A stretch of 51,500 nucleotides of DNA, counting the filler, from Basidiobolus ranarum (Eukaryota): assembly GCA_040143965.1 (NCBI GenBank). It is 3 parts of 3 records of this genome, joined end to end, with 100 filler letters (N's around TTAATTAATTAA, not from the genome) between each part and the next. Parts side by side here need not be neighbours in the genome. Positions count along the whole stretch, not along the records: positions 1 to 17,144 come from JASJQH010007189.1; positions 17,245 to 34,338 come from JASJQH010007191.1; 1 more part is not named here. One strand, 5' to 3'. How positions within the stretch are numbered: position 1 is the stretch's first letter; each line of letters starts with the position of its first letter. The notes below the pieces were generated by a model. That model worked only from the letters and a program-made list of their open reading frames with translations. It did no database searches and was not told the DNA's origin. The position numbers were made by a program, and so were the translations under genes. Of this stretch, positions 12,746-24,850 are shown one piece after another.

Positions 12746-13918
12746 CTAATTGGTGGTAGTGATCGCGGGTGTCATCTCACCACTCTTGTCCTTTTCTTCA
12801 ATGGCATCACTCATGTCCGAGTCTCTTTCTGATTCACGATTGGAGACTTTGTTATTGATTAGATTATGTAAAGCAATGACAGCACGAATAAGGGATGAAA
12901 GGTAGATAACAAGCATTTGATCGTTAGTCTTCACAGAGAAGGCCTTGGAGGTATCGTTGACATTCAGATTGGGTAATAAGTTGAAAATATCTTGAAGGTT
13001 GTGAATGATTTGGTGGTTGACTGGAAGTTCGCCAGCAACAACTTTTTGCAAGTATTCACTGATTTCATAGAGCCGAGATCCTAAGCCCTTAAGCGATTGA
13101 AGTTGATTGGTAACTCGGGTAGAAAGTGTACCAACTGCATTATCTTTAACATCTCGTAATAAGTGTTCAACACCGATTTCCTCGGCTTCTTCAGCCTCAA
13201 TCTCAGAGGGGACGTGCATGAACGTTTTGGTAGTGGCAGTGCCATCCTAGTTATTTTTTAGGGAAGAAGTTAACTCACAGATAAACTAAATACATTTCTA
13301 GTCATAAAATGACTTACATCATGAATTTCCTCGATAGCAAAATAAGCATCAGTGGGGATTCCAATGTCTTTGGGCTTGACATCGACGATTACAAGTACAG
13401 GATCAGGGGTATACCGTTTAAAGAGTTCATTGACTTGTAAATCAGCAGATCGAAGCTTAGGCCCACTGTGATACCAACCGATCATCTTTTCCTTAGCTAA
13501 GGTGTTAGTTAATAAAAGTAAAATGTCTTTAGTGAATTATTCGTAAGCATACCATTCACTTTCTTGAACATATTTAGCATAGATTCCACATAATCGTGGT
13601 CCAAAAACCATACCGAAGGATCTTTCTCATCTTCTTCAAAAGGAACTAAAGAATTTGTTTAAAAGAGTGTTGAGAAGCCAAGTTGGTTATTTAGATGCCG
13701 ATATACATCTTGGAAATATAATATACAGTCGAAATGGACAGCATCAACTAACCAGCGAAGCTATTAGCAACATTGACATTGTTCCCGATTTTTTGACCAA
13801 GCAATACACCTACCACGCGCTTCTTAGTATTACGAGCAACTCTATTGTAATGATCAACGACAGAGAGAAGTACTAGAGGATGTACTATGACCTTGTCGGC
13901 GATAGTATTGGCCAGCAT
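12746..13918 (-). CDS. RPN8: 26S proteasome lid subunit Rpn8 (MPN domain), 4 exons
   Basis: [59 protein letters not shown]. Confidence 0.97.
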
Positions 13919-14325
13919 GTTGAAGTGTATTATATGTGTATGAGAAGAATTGAAGTGTATTTTATTGTCTGTTAAACTGCTATTCAAGACGACTTCTCTT
14001 TTCTCACAATAATGCGAAGATACAGAATATCATGACGCAATCGGCATATTCACCCCGCAACTAGCGCTAGAGGAATTGATGATGAGGGTCATGTGATACT
14101 GAGATCAATCTTCGCAAATCGAATGAGCTACACTCCAACTGTCACATCAAACCAAACTTATTGTAAGAGACCCAAGCCACAGCTACCGTCATCTAGAAAA
14201 TATTAAGATTCACTTCCAACAAACAAAAGGGAAAGGGGTGATTTATTACAATGTGGATTCCTAACTATTTGATAATAAGTAGATTGATCGACAAATAAAA
14301 GAAATAAGCTGTGGCGGCCCTCAGT

Positions 14326-15165
14326 TCAACTAAAGTTTCTTCTAGGGTCCAGTTTTAGAGAAGGCATACTTAGATTTCCTGCCTTTTTTAGTTTACTTGA
14401 CTCTTGGATAGCAATGGAGATTTCATTGACGTTGGTCTCTACCACCTACGAGACAAGTTTTAGGGCTCTTTACTCTTCAACAAATCATAAACAAGTCACG
14501 CATTACCATTCCACCAGAAACGACTTGAGAAAGTATATACTGAACCTACATATAGGTTGCAATCATGGAAATATTAGCAGGCAAGCTGAATCCTATGGTT
14601 GAAATAAGCATACATACCTCGTCAAAGTGGAAGATCTATCAGAAATAATCCATATTAGAAATATATACAATGGTCATGTCTTTTAAAAAGCATACAGCAT
14701 TCTTACCAAATCCAGCTCACAGACGTTCTCAAAGCAGCGGTCTAAACTCTCTACAAATACCTAATATTCGCGGTAGGTGGGTGCTCTTTTTGATGCTATA
14801 GAGGAATTTAATGGTAGACACTAGTTACTTACTTGAATCAGATCCAATATTCCAAGCTCGCTTTCAGAGGAATCGACAACGAATACAAAATATAAAGTAG
14901 CATAGTGACGATAGATAATGCGTGTGTCAGGTCCACCCAGTATGGTGCTTCCTTCTAGGAAGTTACATACTGTATCCGAACGCTTAGAAACCAAGCTAAA
15001 TATCTCTTTTAAGATTTGCTGCTGTGCAGAAACGTCCTAAAGTGCTGGTCATTAGTTCTGGAAATACAATTGATGAAACAGTAAAAAAAGCATTACGATC
15101 TGCTGATAGAATTTCATGAGACGAGGCTTTCCATGGTTATTAAAGATAAGTACTGACTTTAACAT
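14326..15165 (-). CDS. APS3: AP-3 complex sigma subunit (6 exons; missed by the ORF track)
   Basis: Manual splice: MLKSVLIFNNHGKPRLMKFYQQI|...VCNFLEG...IIYRHYATLYFVFVVDSSESELGILDLIQ|VFVESLDRCFENVCELDL|IFHFDE|...GGM|VVETNVNEI...RRNFS*. Confidence 0.93.
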
Positions 15166-15413
15166 GGTTGGTCTAACTTGGGTTGCAATACAACAAACCT
15201 CAGGACCGTTAAGAACCCCCCTTTGCCATGTGTTTAACTCGGGTTTGAACTCGTGCTTAATTGCACCATACGAATTTCGGCAATTACATTTAACATTTAT
15301 GGTACATCAATGTTCATCATAACCTTTTCACCAATCAGAGGAAATACGCAACGAACTAATAAAGATCTATCAGCCCTCGATAAACCTTGTAATTTGTGAT
15401 CTAACGAAAAAAA

Positions 15414-15420
15414 TTACCCG
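15414..15420 (+). promoter_or_regulatory. TTACCCG (Reb1-type) motif in the divergent APS3/RPL23 promoter
   Basis: Exact TTACCCG next to an A-tract, ~110 nt upstream of the RPL23 ATG; a pyrimidine tract CCTTTTTCC lies at 15501. Function is inferred only. Confidence 0.3.
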
Positions 15421-15527
15421 CAAAATTTTGAACTCGGGATCGATTCTTGGGTAGCATTCATCTTCAGAAGACAAAATGGGATCCATCAGCGAAAGGTCAT
15501 CCTTTTTCCACTACTTTCCGTATCAAA

Positions 15528-16122
15528 ATGTCTAAGCGCGGTATGTATAATTCAATATTACAACTTTGGTCAAACCCGAAGATATGTTGGTGATAATTAG
15601 TTACAAGAAGATTGATACAATGGATGTATAGATTTAAGAAACTAGGATAGAAACAATTTGGTCCATCTATACCTCCTACTTCATTTTCTAAATTGATTTT
15701 TTTGTAATCCAGGACGCGGAGGAGCTTCTGGTAACAAGTTCCGTATGTCTCTCGGTCTCCCAGTTGGTGCTGTCATCAATTGCGCCGATAACTCTGGAGC
15801 CAAGAATCTTTACATCATCGCCGTCACTGGTATCAAGGGAAGATTGAACAGACTTCCAGCTGCTGGTGTTGGAGATATGGTCATGGCTACCGTCAAGAAA
15901 GGTAAGCCTGACCTTCGAAAAAAGGTTATGCCTGCCGTTGTCATTCGTCAACGTAAGGCATGGCGGAGACGTGACGGTGTCTTCCTTTACTTCGAGGATA
16001 ATGCCGGTGTTATAGTTAACCCTAAGGGCGAAATGAAAGGTTCTGCTATTACTGGTCCCGTTGGTAAAGAATGCGCAGATTTGTGGCCTAGAATTGCTTC
16101 CAGTTCCGGTACCGTTTGCTAA
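15528..16122 (+). CDS. RPL23: 60S ribosomal protein L23 (uL14), 2 exons
   Basis: Exon 1 15528-15540, intron 15541-15712, giving [37 protein letters not shown]... Confidence 0.98.
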
Positions 16123-16375
16123 ATTAAACAGTATATTTAATAAATATTTTGGTTGATCCTATCACAACAATCACGTGTTTTCAATTTCTTTACATACATT
16201 AATATATATATATATGCAATTTGGGAACTATTTGTTAATTTAGAGGTAATCAGGTAAAGATTAATTGTATGTATATATATAACTAGTCAACTTTTATTCA
16301 ATTGATATGATATGCAGTGAAAATTGAAGAAATACAACTTGTAGATGTTTGTATGCCACACGTTCAATAACGTAG

Positions 16376-16705
16376 TTAAGCATTGACCTCAGGAGTAATA
16401 GGTTTCTATAGTAGTAGTATTAGAGTTAATTAAGAGTAAATAGTAAATCACATTGGCTTTAAAGCATACCAAATCTCCTTGCTTTCCATTGGCCCACTTA
16501 GAAAACTTCAGACCTTGTTCTTCACGCTTTTGAGCAACGAGGCGTTGTTCACTCTTCAAAGCATTACGAACGGCACTTGCGCATATTTGAGAGTATTGAA
16601 GGTAACTATAAGGTGACGAAGTTAATTCAATAAAATGTCCAAATGAGTCCATTCAATCGAGGTTCTAACGTACCTAACGTTAGCAGCTCTCCAAGCAAAA
16701 GCCAT
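16376..16705 (-). CDS. ATP15: Mitochondrial ATP synthase F1 epsilon subunit (3 exons)
   Basis: Spliced MAFAWRAANVSYLQYSQICASAVRNALK...KWANGKQGDL|KPITPEVNA* matches the WR.A..sY..Y..i.A..vR.aLK epsilon signature. Confidence 0.93.
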
Positions 16706-17144
16706 TTTTACTGATTAACAAAGTCTGGTGAAAGCTGAAAGGCAAATTTACATATTGTTGAATGGACCTTTCGTAGGCAGAATTCTTGCTTGAGTTGGGT
16801 AGAATATGGGGTAATTCTGAAGGAATCTGGGGTTTTTTGGCCAAGAAAGTCGATAATTTACGCTTCAATTGAAACATTCAAAGCTAAAACCATTCTACAG
16901 GATTTTACTCTAAAATTAGACGATGTCAGTCCTTTTTTTAGACGACTCAAAATTGATTTTTAGACACTTTACTTATCCTCTTACACATCGCTAGTGTATG
17001 GTTATATGTAGTTAATAAAGTTGTAAATTAATGCTTAGGCACAAGAATGAATGCCAACATGAGAGTGTGATGGGTATATAATTGATGATCATAAATGACA
17101 GCGTTCTGTCTATATGCATATGATTAACAAACAAAAGTGCCCAC

Positions 17145-17244
17145 NNNNNNNNNNNNNNNNNNNNNNNNNNNNNNNNNNNNNNNNNNNNTTAATTAATTAA
17201 NNNNNNNNNNNNNNNNNNNNNNNNNNNNNNNNNNNNNNNNNNNN
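17145..17244. other. Assembly gap with artificial TTAATTAATTAA spacer
   Basis: 44 N + TTAATTAATTAA (17189-17200; stop in all six frames) + 44 N; identical to the second gap. Confidence 0.97.
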
Positions 17245-18170
17245 ACTTACAATAACTCTATTTCGTAAAGCTCTTGCTTTAAGTCTCATAATAAGAATTG
17301 TAGAATTTATATATTATTAAGAATTTCAGGATATTTTGGTTACATACCATTGGCAGATCAGATATTCCTTTATCTTTGTATTGGTTTTGATTTATTTTAT
17401 TATATAAATGATATGACGAAGTTCTAACTAAAAAACGGATATTGTACCAGAAGGATGAAACTTCATTGCTAGAAAATGACTTCTCAGGGTTATAGAGCCG
17501 AGATAGCATATATATAATATAGAATAGATTCATAATTTGAATACAAGTTTCATTTTGAGTTTATCTGAAGAAAACACTAAAGATTAAAACAAAATTATAA
17601 TGCAAAATGATTAGCGATATATTATAATCGTAATAATGAATAAGCAAGTATTTTAATTAAACACCTATAGACACCTTTACATTTAACATAATGAATATAT
17701 GATAAAGTAGAATGAATACATTATAAAGTAGAATAAATCCATCTTAGTAACACGAATTTGTATCATTCTCACGTCACGTTAGATGATATAGATCTATATC
17801 ACATTCGAATAATTTCCTTTTCAACATTTTCATTTCAGGCAGATAATATTTCCGAATTCTCTGATTGGAAATATCTATAGCGTGGAAAATAGCAGGAAGA
17901 AAAAATTCCCCCAATTGGTAATCAATGTAACACCCATTGAACCGTGGAAATCTATGATCGATCACCAATGACATTCATACGTAATGACCAATGGAATAGA
18001 GAAAGCATTGTTTAGAAATCCAATTTTTACTTCTCTATTGGTTTGGATGTAGGTTTGGATGTATACATGATAGAGTTGCAACATTAATGATGGTATATTG
18101 GGGGTCGGATCATATTAAGTTGTAAGTGTATGTAAGCGAGGGATGTTAAAATAAATCTTCGGGTTTCTTT

Positions 18171-19703
18171 CTATTCTGTAGATAAATCGCAGTCTTCTAA
18201 GCGAACAAATTTGGTCTTGGCAAAGATCTTATATCCAACAAAGAGAATGATGAATATGAAGACAGCAAGGTAATTGGAGATGATGGAGGACCAATCGATA
18301 GGATCGGTTGCGAATCCAACGTATCCTTGTCCAATAATAACTACTGTACACAAGAATAGTGCAAATAATGGTCCAAATGGATAGAACATGGCGGTGTAGG
18401 GAAGTTCGCTCAAGCTATGTCCTTGACGAAGGAATGCTTTACGGAAACGATAATGACTCAAAGCAATACCGAGCCAAGCAATGAAACCACATACACCTGA
18501 GGCATTCAAAAGCCAGGTGTAGATTTGGGAATTGGGGACGAAGCTAGATGCGAATGCGATACAAGCAACTACGGTGGTAACCATCAGAGCATAGATGGGA
18601 ATACCGTTGGAGTTAACCTTACGAAGGAATCTAGGTGCTTTGCCCTCATTAGCGAGAACCCATAGGGTACGAGTGGAGGCGTACATTCCAGAGTTACCAG
18701 CGGAAAGAACAGTGATGAGGATAATGGCGTTCATGATATCAGGAGCAGGGCCCAAACCTGCCAATTGGAAACCAAGGGTAAAGGGAGAAATAGAAACATC
18801 TTGCACACCAGAGCTGAGGAGATGGGGATTATTGTAGGGAATCAACAGACCAATGATGAAGATAGCGCAGATATAGAAGAGGAGAATACGCCAGAATACT
18901 TGCTTGATGGCTCTGGGAACGTGCTTCTCGGGGTTAGAACTTTCTCCAGCTACGACACCGACCATCTCCGTTCCTTGGAAAGAGAAACCGGCAACCAAGA
19001 ATACTTTGAAAACACCCAAAGGACCATCGACAAATGGTGCTTGTCCAACTTCCCAGTTCTGGAAGCCGTACTTGTGACCACCCAAAACACCGGCGGCAAC
19101 GAGAATACCAATAATAACAAAAATAACTACAGTAATGATTTTGATTAGGGCGAACCAATATTCGGCTTCACCGTAACCCTTAACAGATATACAATTTAAT
19201 CCAACAATGATGGTCAGTAGAATTATACTCCAGACAATGGTAGGAATATGGGGAAGCCAGAACTGCATGATCAAGCCACCAGCTACAAGCTCGACAGCCA
19301 CAGTAATTGCCCAATTGTACCAATAATTCCAACCGAGAGCAAAACCGAAAGCAGAATCCACAAAGCGAGCACCGTATGTATTAAACGAACCGGTGATGGG
19401 CATGTAGGTTGCCATCTCACCCAAACTAGTCATCAACAAAAACACCATCACTCCGATCGCAAAGTAAGAGACCAGAGCACCGGCGGGGCCAGCACTAGCA
19501 ATAGAAGAACCACAGGCCAAGAATAAACCAGTTCCGATGGTTCCACCGATGGAGATCATAGACAAATGACGTGATTTCAAGGTACGCTTAAGCTCTTGTC
19601 CCTTAAACTCATCTTTCTCAGTGGTTGCTTTGTCTGAAGTGTGAAGTTTTTCTTCCGCGTACACTGTACCGGAATCTATAGGTTCTAATTCAACACTCCT
19701 CAT
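18171..19703 (-). CDS. APC-superfamily amino-acid permease, bacterial LysP-like, intronless
   Basis: LKSRHLSMISIGGTIGTGLF, GFALGWNYWYNWA, GEAEYWF, GFSFQGTE, LSAGNSGMYASTR; about 12 hydrophobic segments. Confidence 0.95.
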   Translation of the reverse strand: MRSVELEPIDSGTVYAEEKLHTSDKATTEKDEFKGQELKRTLKSRHLSMISIGGTIGTGLFLACGSSIASAGPAGALVSYFAIGVMVFLLMTSLGEMATYMPITGSFNTYGARFVDSAFGFALGWNYWYNWAITVAVELVAGGLIMQFWLPHIPTIVWSIILLTIIVGLNCISVKGYGEAEYWFALIKIITVVIFVIIGILVAAGVLGGHKYGFQNWEVGQAPFVDGPLGVFKVFLVAGFSFQGTEMVGVVAGESSNPEKHVPRAIKQVFWRILLFYICAIFIIGLLIPYNNPHLLSSGVQDVSISPFTLGFQLAGLGPAPDIMNAIILITVLSAGNSGMYASTRTLWVLANEGKAPRFLRKVNSNGIPIYALMVTTVVACIAFASSFVPNSQIYTWLLNASGVCGFIAWLGIALSHYRFRKAFLRQGHSLSELPYTAMFYPFGPLFALFLCTVVIIGQGYVGFATDPIDWSSIISNYLAVFIFIILFVGYKIFAKTKFVRLEDCDLSTE

Positions 19704-20097
19704 ATCGTTCTTGGTTCAAGGGAGAAATCCTCTGTGTAAGAAGGAATTGTGAAAAAAAGTGAAAAGGTAAAGTTAACGAATGTTAGCAGAACAGGTTGAT
19801 GCAAGTGGGAGTTGCAACAAGGGGGTTTTCTCACGGGCAGTGGTAGCGAGTGTTTAAAACTTGAACCGATATTCAAGGGTGTAAGGAACTTGTTAAGTGA
19901 TCACCCGCAATATATACTCGCCGAAATCCCCCTGGCTGTGCAAAATCCCTCCGAAGATTCGAAAAGAAGAATCCCCTCTCCCATAAATGGGAATTAGCTC
20001 CAATCAATAATTTACTCTTCTAGTCTAGAAATCGAAGTTTATGGTAATCTTTATCTATCGCTCCAATCACTACTGTCTCCACCACAAAAAATGGCAA

Positions 20098-20104
20098 TGA
20101 CTCA
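20098..20104. promoter_or_regulatory. Gcn4/CpcA-type TGACTCA site upstream of the permease
   Basis: Exact TGACTCA ~400 nt upstream of the permease ATG, consistent with general amino-acid control. Confidence 0.4.
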
Positions 20105-21100
20105 CATTTACGCTACTTTATTTTAGGTTTGTCGGTTCTGGATTAGTCCTTGTGTATGTTCCCTTGGTTGGCACAGTAGCAAATCAACGGAATGTCAGGA
20201 GATTTCCAAATTCATCAGATGATGTTTTTGCATGTCAAATGAGTGAAGTTCCATATACAATCAACCAAAGTGCATGCAATCAACGTAAGTAAATATATAT
20301 ACCCCGAGTAACATGACAGTCCTGGGATGGAAATTTGGTATCTATATTGACTTTTATATTGAGTTATCAAACTAGAGCCAGGACTAGGATGTTCTGAGGC
20401 TGACGGCTAGAATTCGCTAATTAAACGCTAATTCGATGAATATTCTTTGTGTTTCCAGTAATTATTTCTTTAACTCTAGAAATCTTAGTCATTCAACGTC
20501 ATCTTGAAGTGAATTCTTTAGTTACGGTTATATTGTTGTCGACCAAATCGATTGATAAGGAGATCACGGATCTAATGCAGTTTTGTGGATTGTGAGAAAG
20601 TCGAATTACTGGGTCAGATAAGTGTAACCACGCCAGATCTAAAGAAGTTAGTTGATATCTCGTTTTTTCTCATGGGGAGGCAAGATAGATGTTGAAATGT
20701 TAGAGTTAAGCACCTAAACATTTACATATTATATTTAGTGTATTGAATTTTCATTTACTGAATATTAAGTCTGGGACAACGTAAGCACAAATATTTATTT
20801 TCGATTTAACAACTTCAAAACTCTTTTCGTCTAACTATCCCAAGCACTTTCATCAATTCCCGCAAGAAGCTTGGAGATATTAAGTGTTCAAAAAATGATA
20901 CTGGTGTATTCGAAATCCCTCTCAATGTGCACAGTACAACTTTTCTTTCTATATGATAAGGATTAACATGAACTGTACCAATAAAATATATTTAAAGTTA
21001 AAGAGGTAATAAGCTATTTTAGTAAATATTGCACAAGTATAGTAAAGAGTATTTGTAAATGATCCAAACTTCCTCCAATGTTTTCATATATTCCTGAATA

Positions 21101-21510
21101 TGTTAAAGTATTTGGGAGCCTGTTGGAAGTGGTTTGGAGAATTAGAGAAATTGGTGGTTCTCACTTATTGATTTATTGAGTTGAAAGTTGACATTTATAG
21201 TTTTGTCAAGATGTACCCAAACTAACGTATAGAATGTGTTAAGAAAGATCCCAGGAACATGTGTGCAATGTTTTAGGCCTCTAGCACAAGTTTGAAATAT
21301 CTGTATATTTGAGAACTTCTAAGTAAATTCCTCTTGAGAATTATGGGTAATATCTTAGTTCAATATAAGATAACTAAATACTAAGCTATATATGACTATA
21401 TAAGTGTTTAGGCAATGCTAATTTCAATAGAATATACTCAATAAACTGAGATTTCTTGATATTGCTATTTTACTTCAATATGGATATCATATTCCTGAAG
21501 TACAAATTAC
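21101..21510 (+). repeat. Dispersed degenerate repeat, copy A
   Basis: Shares TGTTGGAAGTGGTTTGGAGAA, GAAAGTTGACATTTATAGT, AACGTATAGAATGTGTTA, ATATCTTAGTTCAATAT and ATAACTAAATACTAAGCTATATATG in order with 33309-33610. Confidence 0.9.
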
Positions 21511-21897
21511 ATATTTCTTTTACATTTTCAAAATATGTGGAATATCAGCCCTAGTGGATATAATATATATATATATACTCATTACATTTGGATAGAAATC
21601 ATAAAAATCAATTAACTGTTAATTGCTCATTTTATATGGAATCAAAATCCTTACCAATGAGGATTTCTTTATCAGGTAGAAAAAAAATAAAAGATTCACG
21701 AATGTGAATAAAGTAAAGGGCATATAATGAGAAATGGTATCCAACTAGAGTCACAAAAAAAAAGTCCAATATTACAGATGCTCACAAGTACAGTAAGGTT
21801 GGGTGTAAGATAAGCCCAGGGGAAGGAGAAGGGGAAGGAGAGGGGAAAAGAGAGTTAACCTCATCATCAAATGTTAACCATAGCCTAATCATCAATC

Positions 21898-24238
21898 TCA
21901 ATAGTACTGTTTGATTTTCACCGATAAGACAGCAGCTACGAATGCAGTCACTCCACCAATCCTTAAAATCCATCCTATCGCATTCGGATTATGTCCAGGT
22001 TCGATATGACCAACCTCGGGTTGTGTTTGATATGATTCAAACAAATAAAATACTATACTACTGATGAAGGTGATCACAAATTGCGGGAAGACGATGTACA
22101 TGTTGTGAATACCTAAGATTAATCCCGCTGAATCACCAGCATTTACTTGAGTGGGAGTATCTTCAATGTCTGCTGGTTCTCTATCATTTTCCTCATCAAT
22201 GGTTTCTTGTGTTTCGTGCAGTTGATGGTATTCTGTGTCTGAATGAAGCTCTCCATTCAGGTCGGTTAGATTCCGCTGTGAATTGGCTAAATATTCCCCT
22301 ATTAATGAGAATGGTGCCCACAGTGTGACTGCCCAAGAGAAGCCACATATGGCAATGATCACTGTAGCTTCACTCACTGAAGTGACTGCTAAGGTGAAGA
22401 TCATCGACATGGCAAAGATAATATGGGAAAAGGTGTAACATCTTGGAAGATCCAGACCTAAGGGGTTGCATTCTGTTACCTCAGGTAGGTGTTCTCCGGA
22501 AGGTTGGATGAACAGTGGCAACACACAGGATGTAGTCAAAGAGACCAGTGCAAAAAGAAACAAAGCGAAGGATCCAGCTCTAATGGATGCACCAGCCACA
22601 TCTCCCTCAGTCTTTTGAAAGGGATCGGACAAGTATAGTTCGGATACCCAGGTGGTGGAGTAGAATAAAAATGGAAACCATCCAATCCAGGCATAAAACT
22701 GCGTGTTACAAATACGCTGAATCGGTGCTGGTAGGGTACGCAGTGATTTGATAATTGTGAACAAGGTTTGGAAAGGTGAGTTGCTGTATTGCGAGAAAAA
22801 ACTTTGAGTAATTGTCACAACAAAAGAGTAATCTATGGAATTACCTGATATTATTTCCAAGATCAGCCTTGGTGATCCGTTTCTCTTTAACGCAAAAGCT
22901 GGTGATACCAACAGTTAAAAATAAGGCCAAAGATGCAAGCATACACAGGACTTTAAGCTGTGTATTTCCAAGGAACGGGAAAATCGACACTAAATCAACA
23001 AATCCCCTGATGGCAAAGATTGAGATCATTAACACGGTGAATTGTAAATGTAGCACAAAGTGGAACGTACATGAAGTATCCAAATACATTGCCAAATCCA
23101 ATCATACGTCCAGCCCACGCATTTCCAGATTCTTGTTTAGAAAGAGGCAGAGCGTCGACTATAAGCGCCCGACAACTAGCTTGTACTACACAGACATACT
23201 GCAGGTTATAGTCATGTCGAATTTAAGTTAGAAGCAAAGTGCAACTCTACCCGAATTAATGGCAAAGTCCAAAAGATAAAATGATAAAACTGCCAATATG
23301 ACAACCAATCGACCCTAAGTCATTCATACAATTTTAGAGACGTGGTTGTTTTGCATCCATGAAATGCTTAAGGTACCTCCTTGACTCCAAAAAGAAGTTG
23401 AGTGATTTCTCGAGTCCAACCGATCATTATAAAAGAAAAGAATACAGCAATTGATCCTCCGATCATAAATGGTCGTCTTCGACCTAAGGACGAGGTGCAT
23501 CTGTCGCTATATGTTCCAACAATTGGCTGCATAATAAGTCCTAAGTATGTTGCGGTGGCGTCAATAAGTGAAAAAAAAGAGGGAATAGATAGTTTCGTAT
23601 ACCAGATAAGGGCCCAGCAAGCCAAACTAGCGACATAACTGATTTTGATATTCCAAGAGATAGCAAGTATGGTGTACCTATAGGTAGAGCAATTAAATAA
23701 ATGTACTCTATCAATGGCTCATACAGTACTATACTAACCATAAGACATCTCTACTGTCCCTTCAAAATTTCGACCGTAATTCAAATAAAACGTCATTGTT
23801 AACATGGTGACAAAGGAAAACGTAAACATGGGCTATCAAGAATGAAGCCCAGGAAATTTACTAGAGTATGTGCTATTTAGTTCGGAAGGGTGCACTTACA
23901 TGTGAATTGATATCTATTGAAAAAACCAAAGTTAACACTGTACTTATTGCATGGTGACTCTCCTCGAATATTAGCACTTACCCTGCAAAACATAACGTCA
24001 ATAGAAGCATCCTCCAGCACTCTCTTAAAAAAGAATTCGATAAAAAGCGACGACCTACGGGTTCTGATTGAGAGAAATGCTCTTCAGAAGGATTATTCAA
24101 AGAATGGTCACAATCTATATTGAAAGGACGCCGATTCAGAAAAATTGGTGTGTCATCGTCAGAATACGGTGGTGGTAACTCCTCAGGTTGATCAAGTGAG
24201 GACGCGTAGTGTGGATTGGCTCGAAAAACCTCTTGCAT
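21898..24238 (-). CDS. Sucrose/general alpha-glucoside transporter (SUT1/SLC45-like GPH family), multi-exon
   Basis: Spliced G|YQFT|WTVEMSY|GTPYLLSLG...VWLAGPLS|GLIMQPIVGTYSDRCTSSLGRRRPFMIGG; WIGWFPFLFYSTTWV; GLILGIHNMYIVFPQF. Includes 14-nt and 21-nt micro-exons. Confidence 0.93.
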
Positions 24239-24850
24239 AGTATGAAGTAAAAATATATTCTAGGTGAGTGTACAAGCTTGGTTGATTTCTAAACCAGAGT
24301 CTATTTAACCACTATTGAGTAAGCGTGAGAGTTTGTTGAAGTGATTATTGGTGGACATCTACACAAATCAGATGAATATATAGGTATTGCTATGGATTTT
24401 GATGGATCTTTCAGTGGCATTATTACTTTTGAGAAATTAATATAACCTCGCTACAGAGACCTATTGCCAGTTCGGCCTTAGCATTGAATCCAGTCTCCTG
24501 GGTACAGCAAGAGTCACAATGGACCAAAAGTTTACTAAATGAGAAAGACATTCAAGTAAACAAAAATCATGTGAATTCAATTTAATATGAACAAATCTTT
24601 AATCACGTCGAACTGTAAATTAACTATTAAAAGTATACACATCCTTGTTTTGATAATGACAAACAGATTAACAAGCAAAATACCGCTTCACGAGAAAATA
24701 CAAAAGAAGACTAACTAAAATACATGGAATTATCAACAAGTTGATTAAGGTAACAGCCAAAGATTCAAGACCAGAGCTGAACTCGCTATGCTTACTATCT
24801 GTCCAATTACGTATACGAAAATAACGATCAAGTACGTACAGCAGTGATCA

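Noticed and set aside
14072-14110. TGATGA...CTGA box C/D-like pair
   Set aside because: Boxes are only ~13 nt apart, with no guide and a non-canonical terminal stem.
17189-17200. TTAATTAATTAA palindrome inside N runs (also 34383-34394)
   Set aside because: Artificial contig spacer; adjacency across the gaps is not reliable.
21819-21853. Purine-rich GGGGAAGGAGA tandem
   Set aside because: Short low-complexity tract in a 3' UTR.
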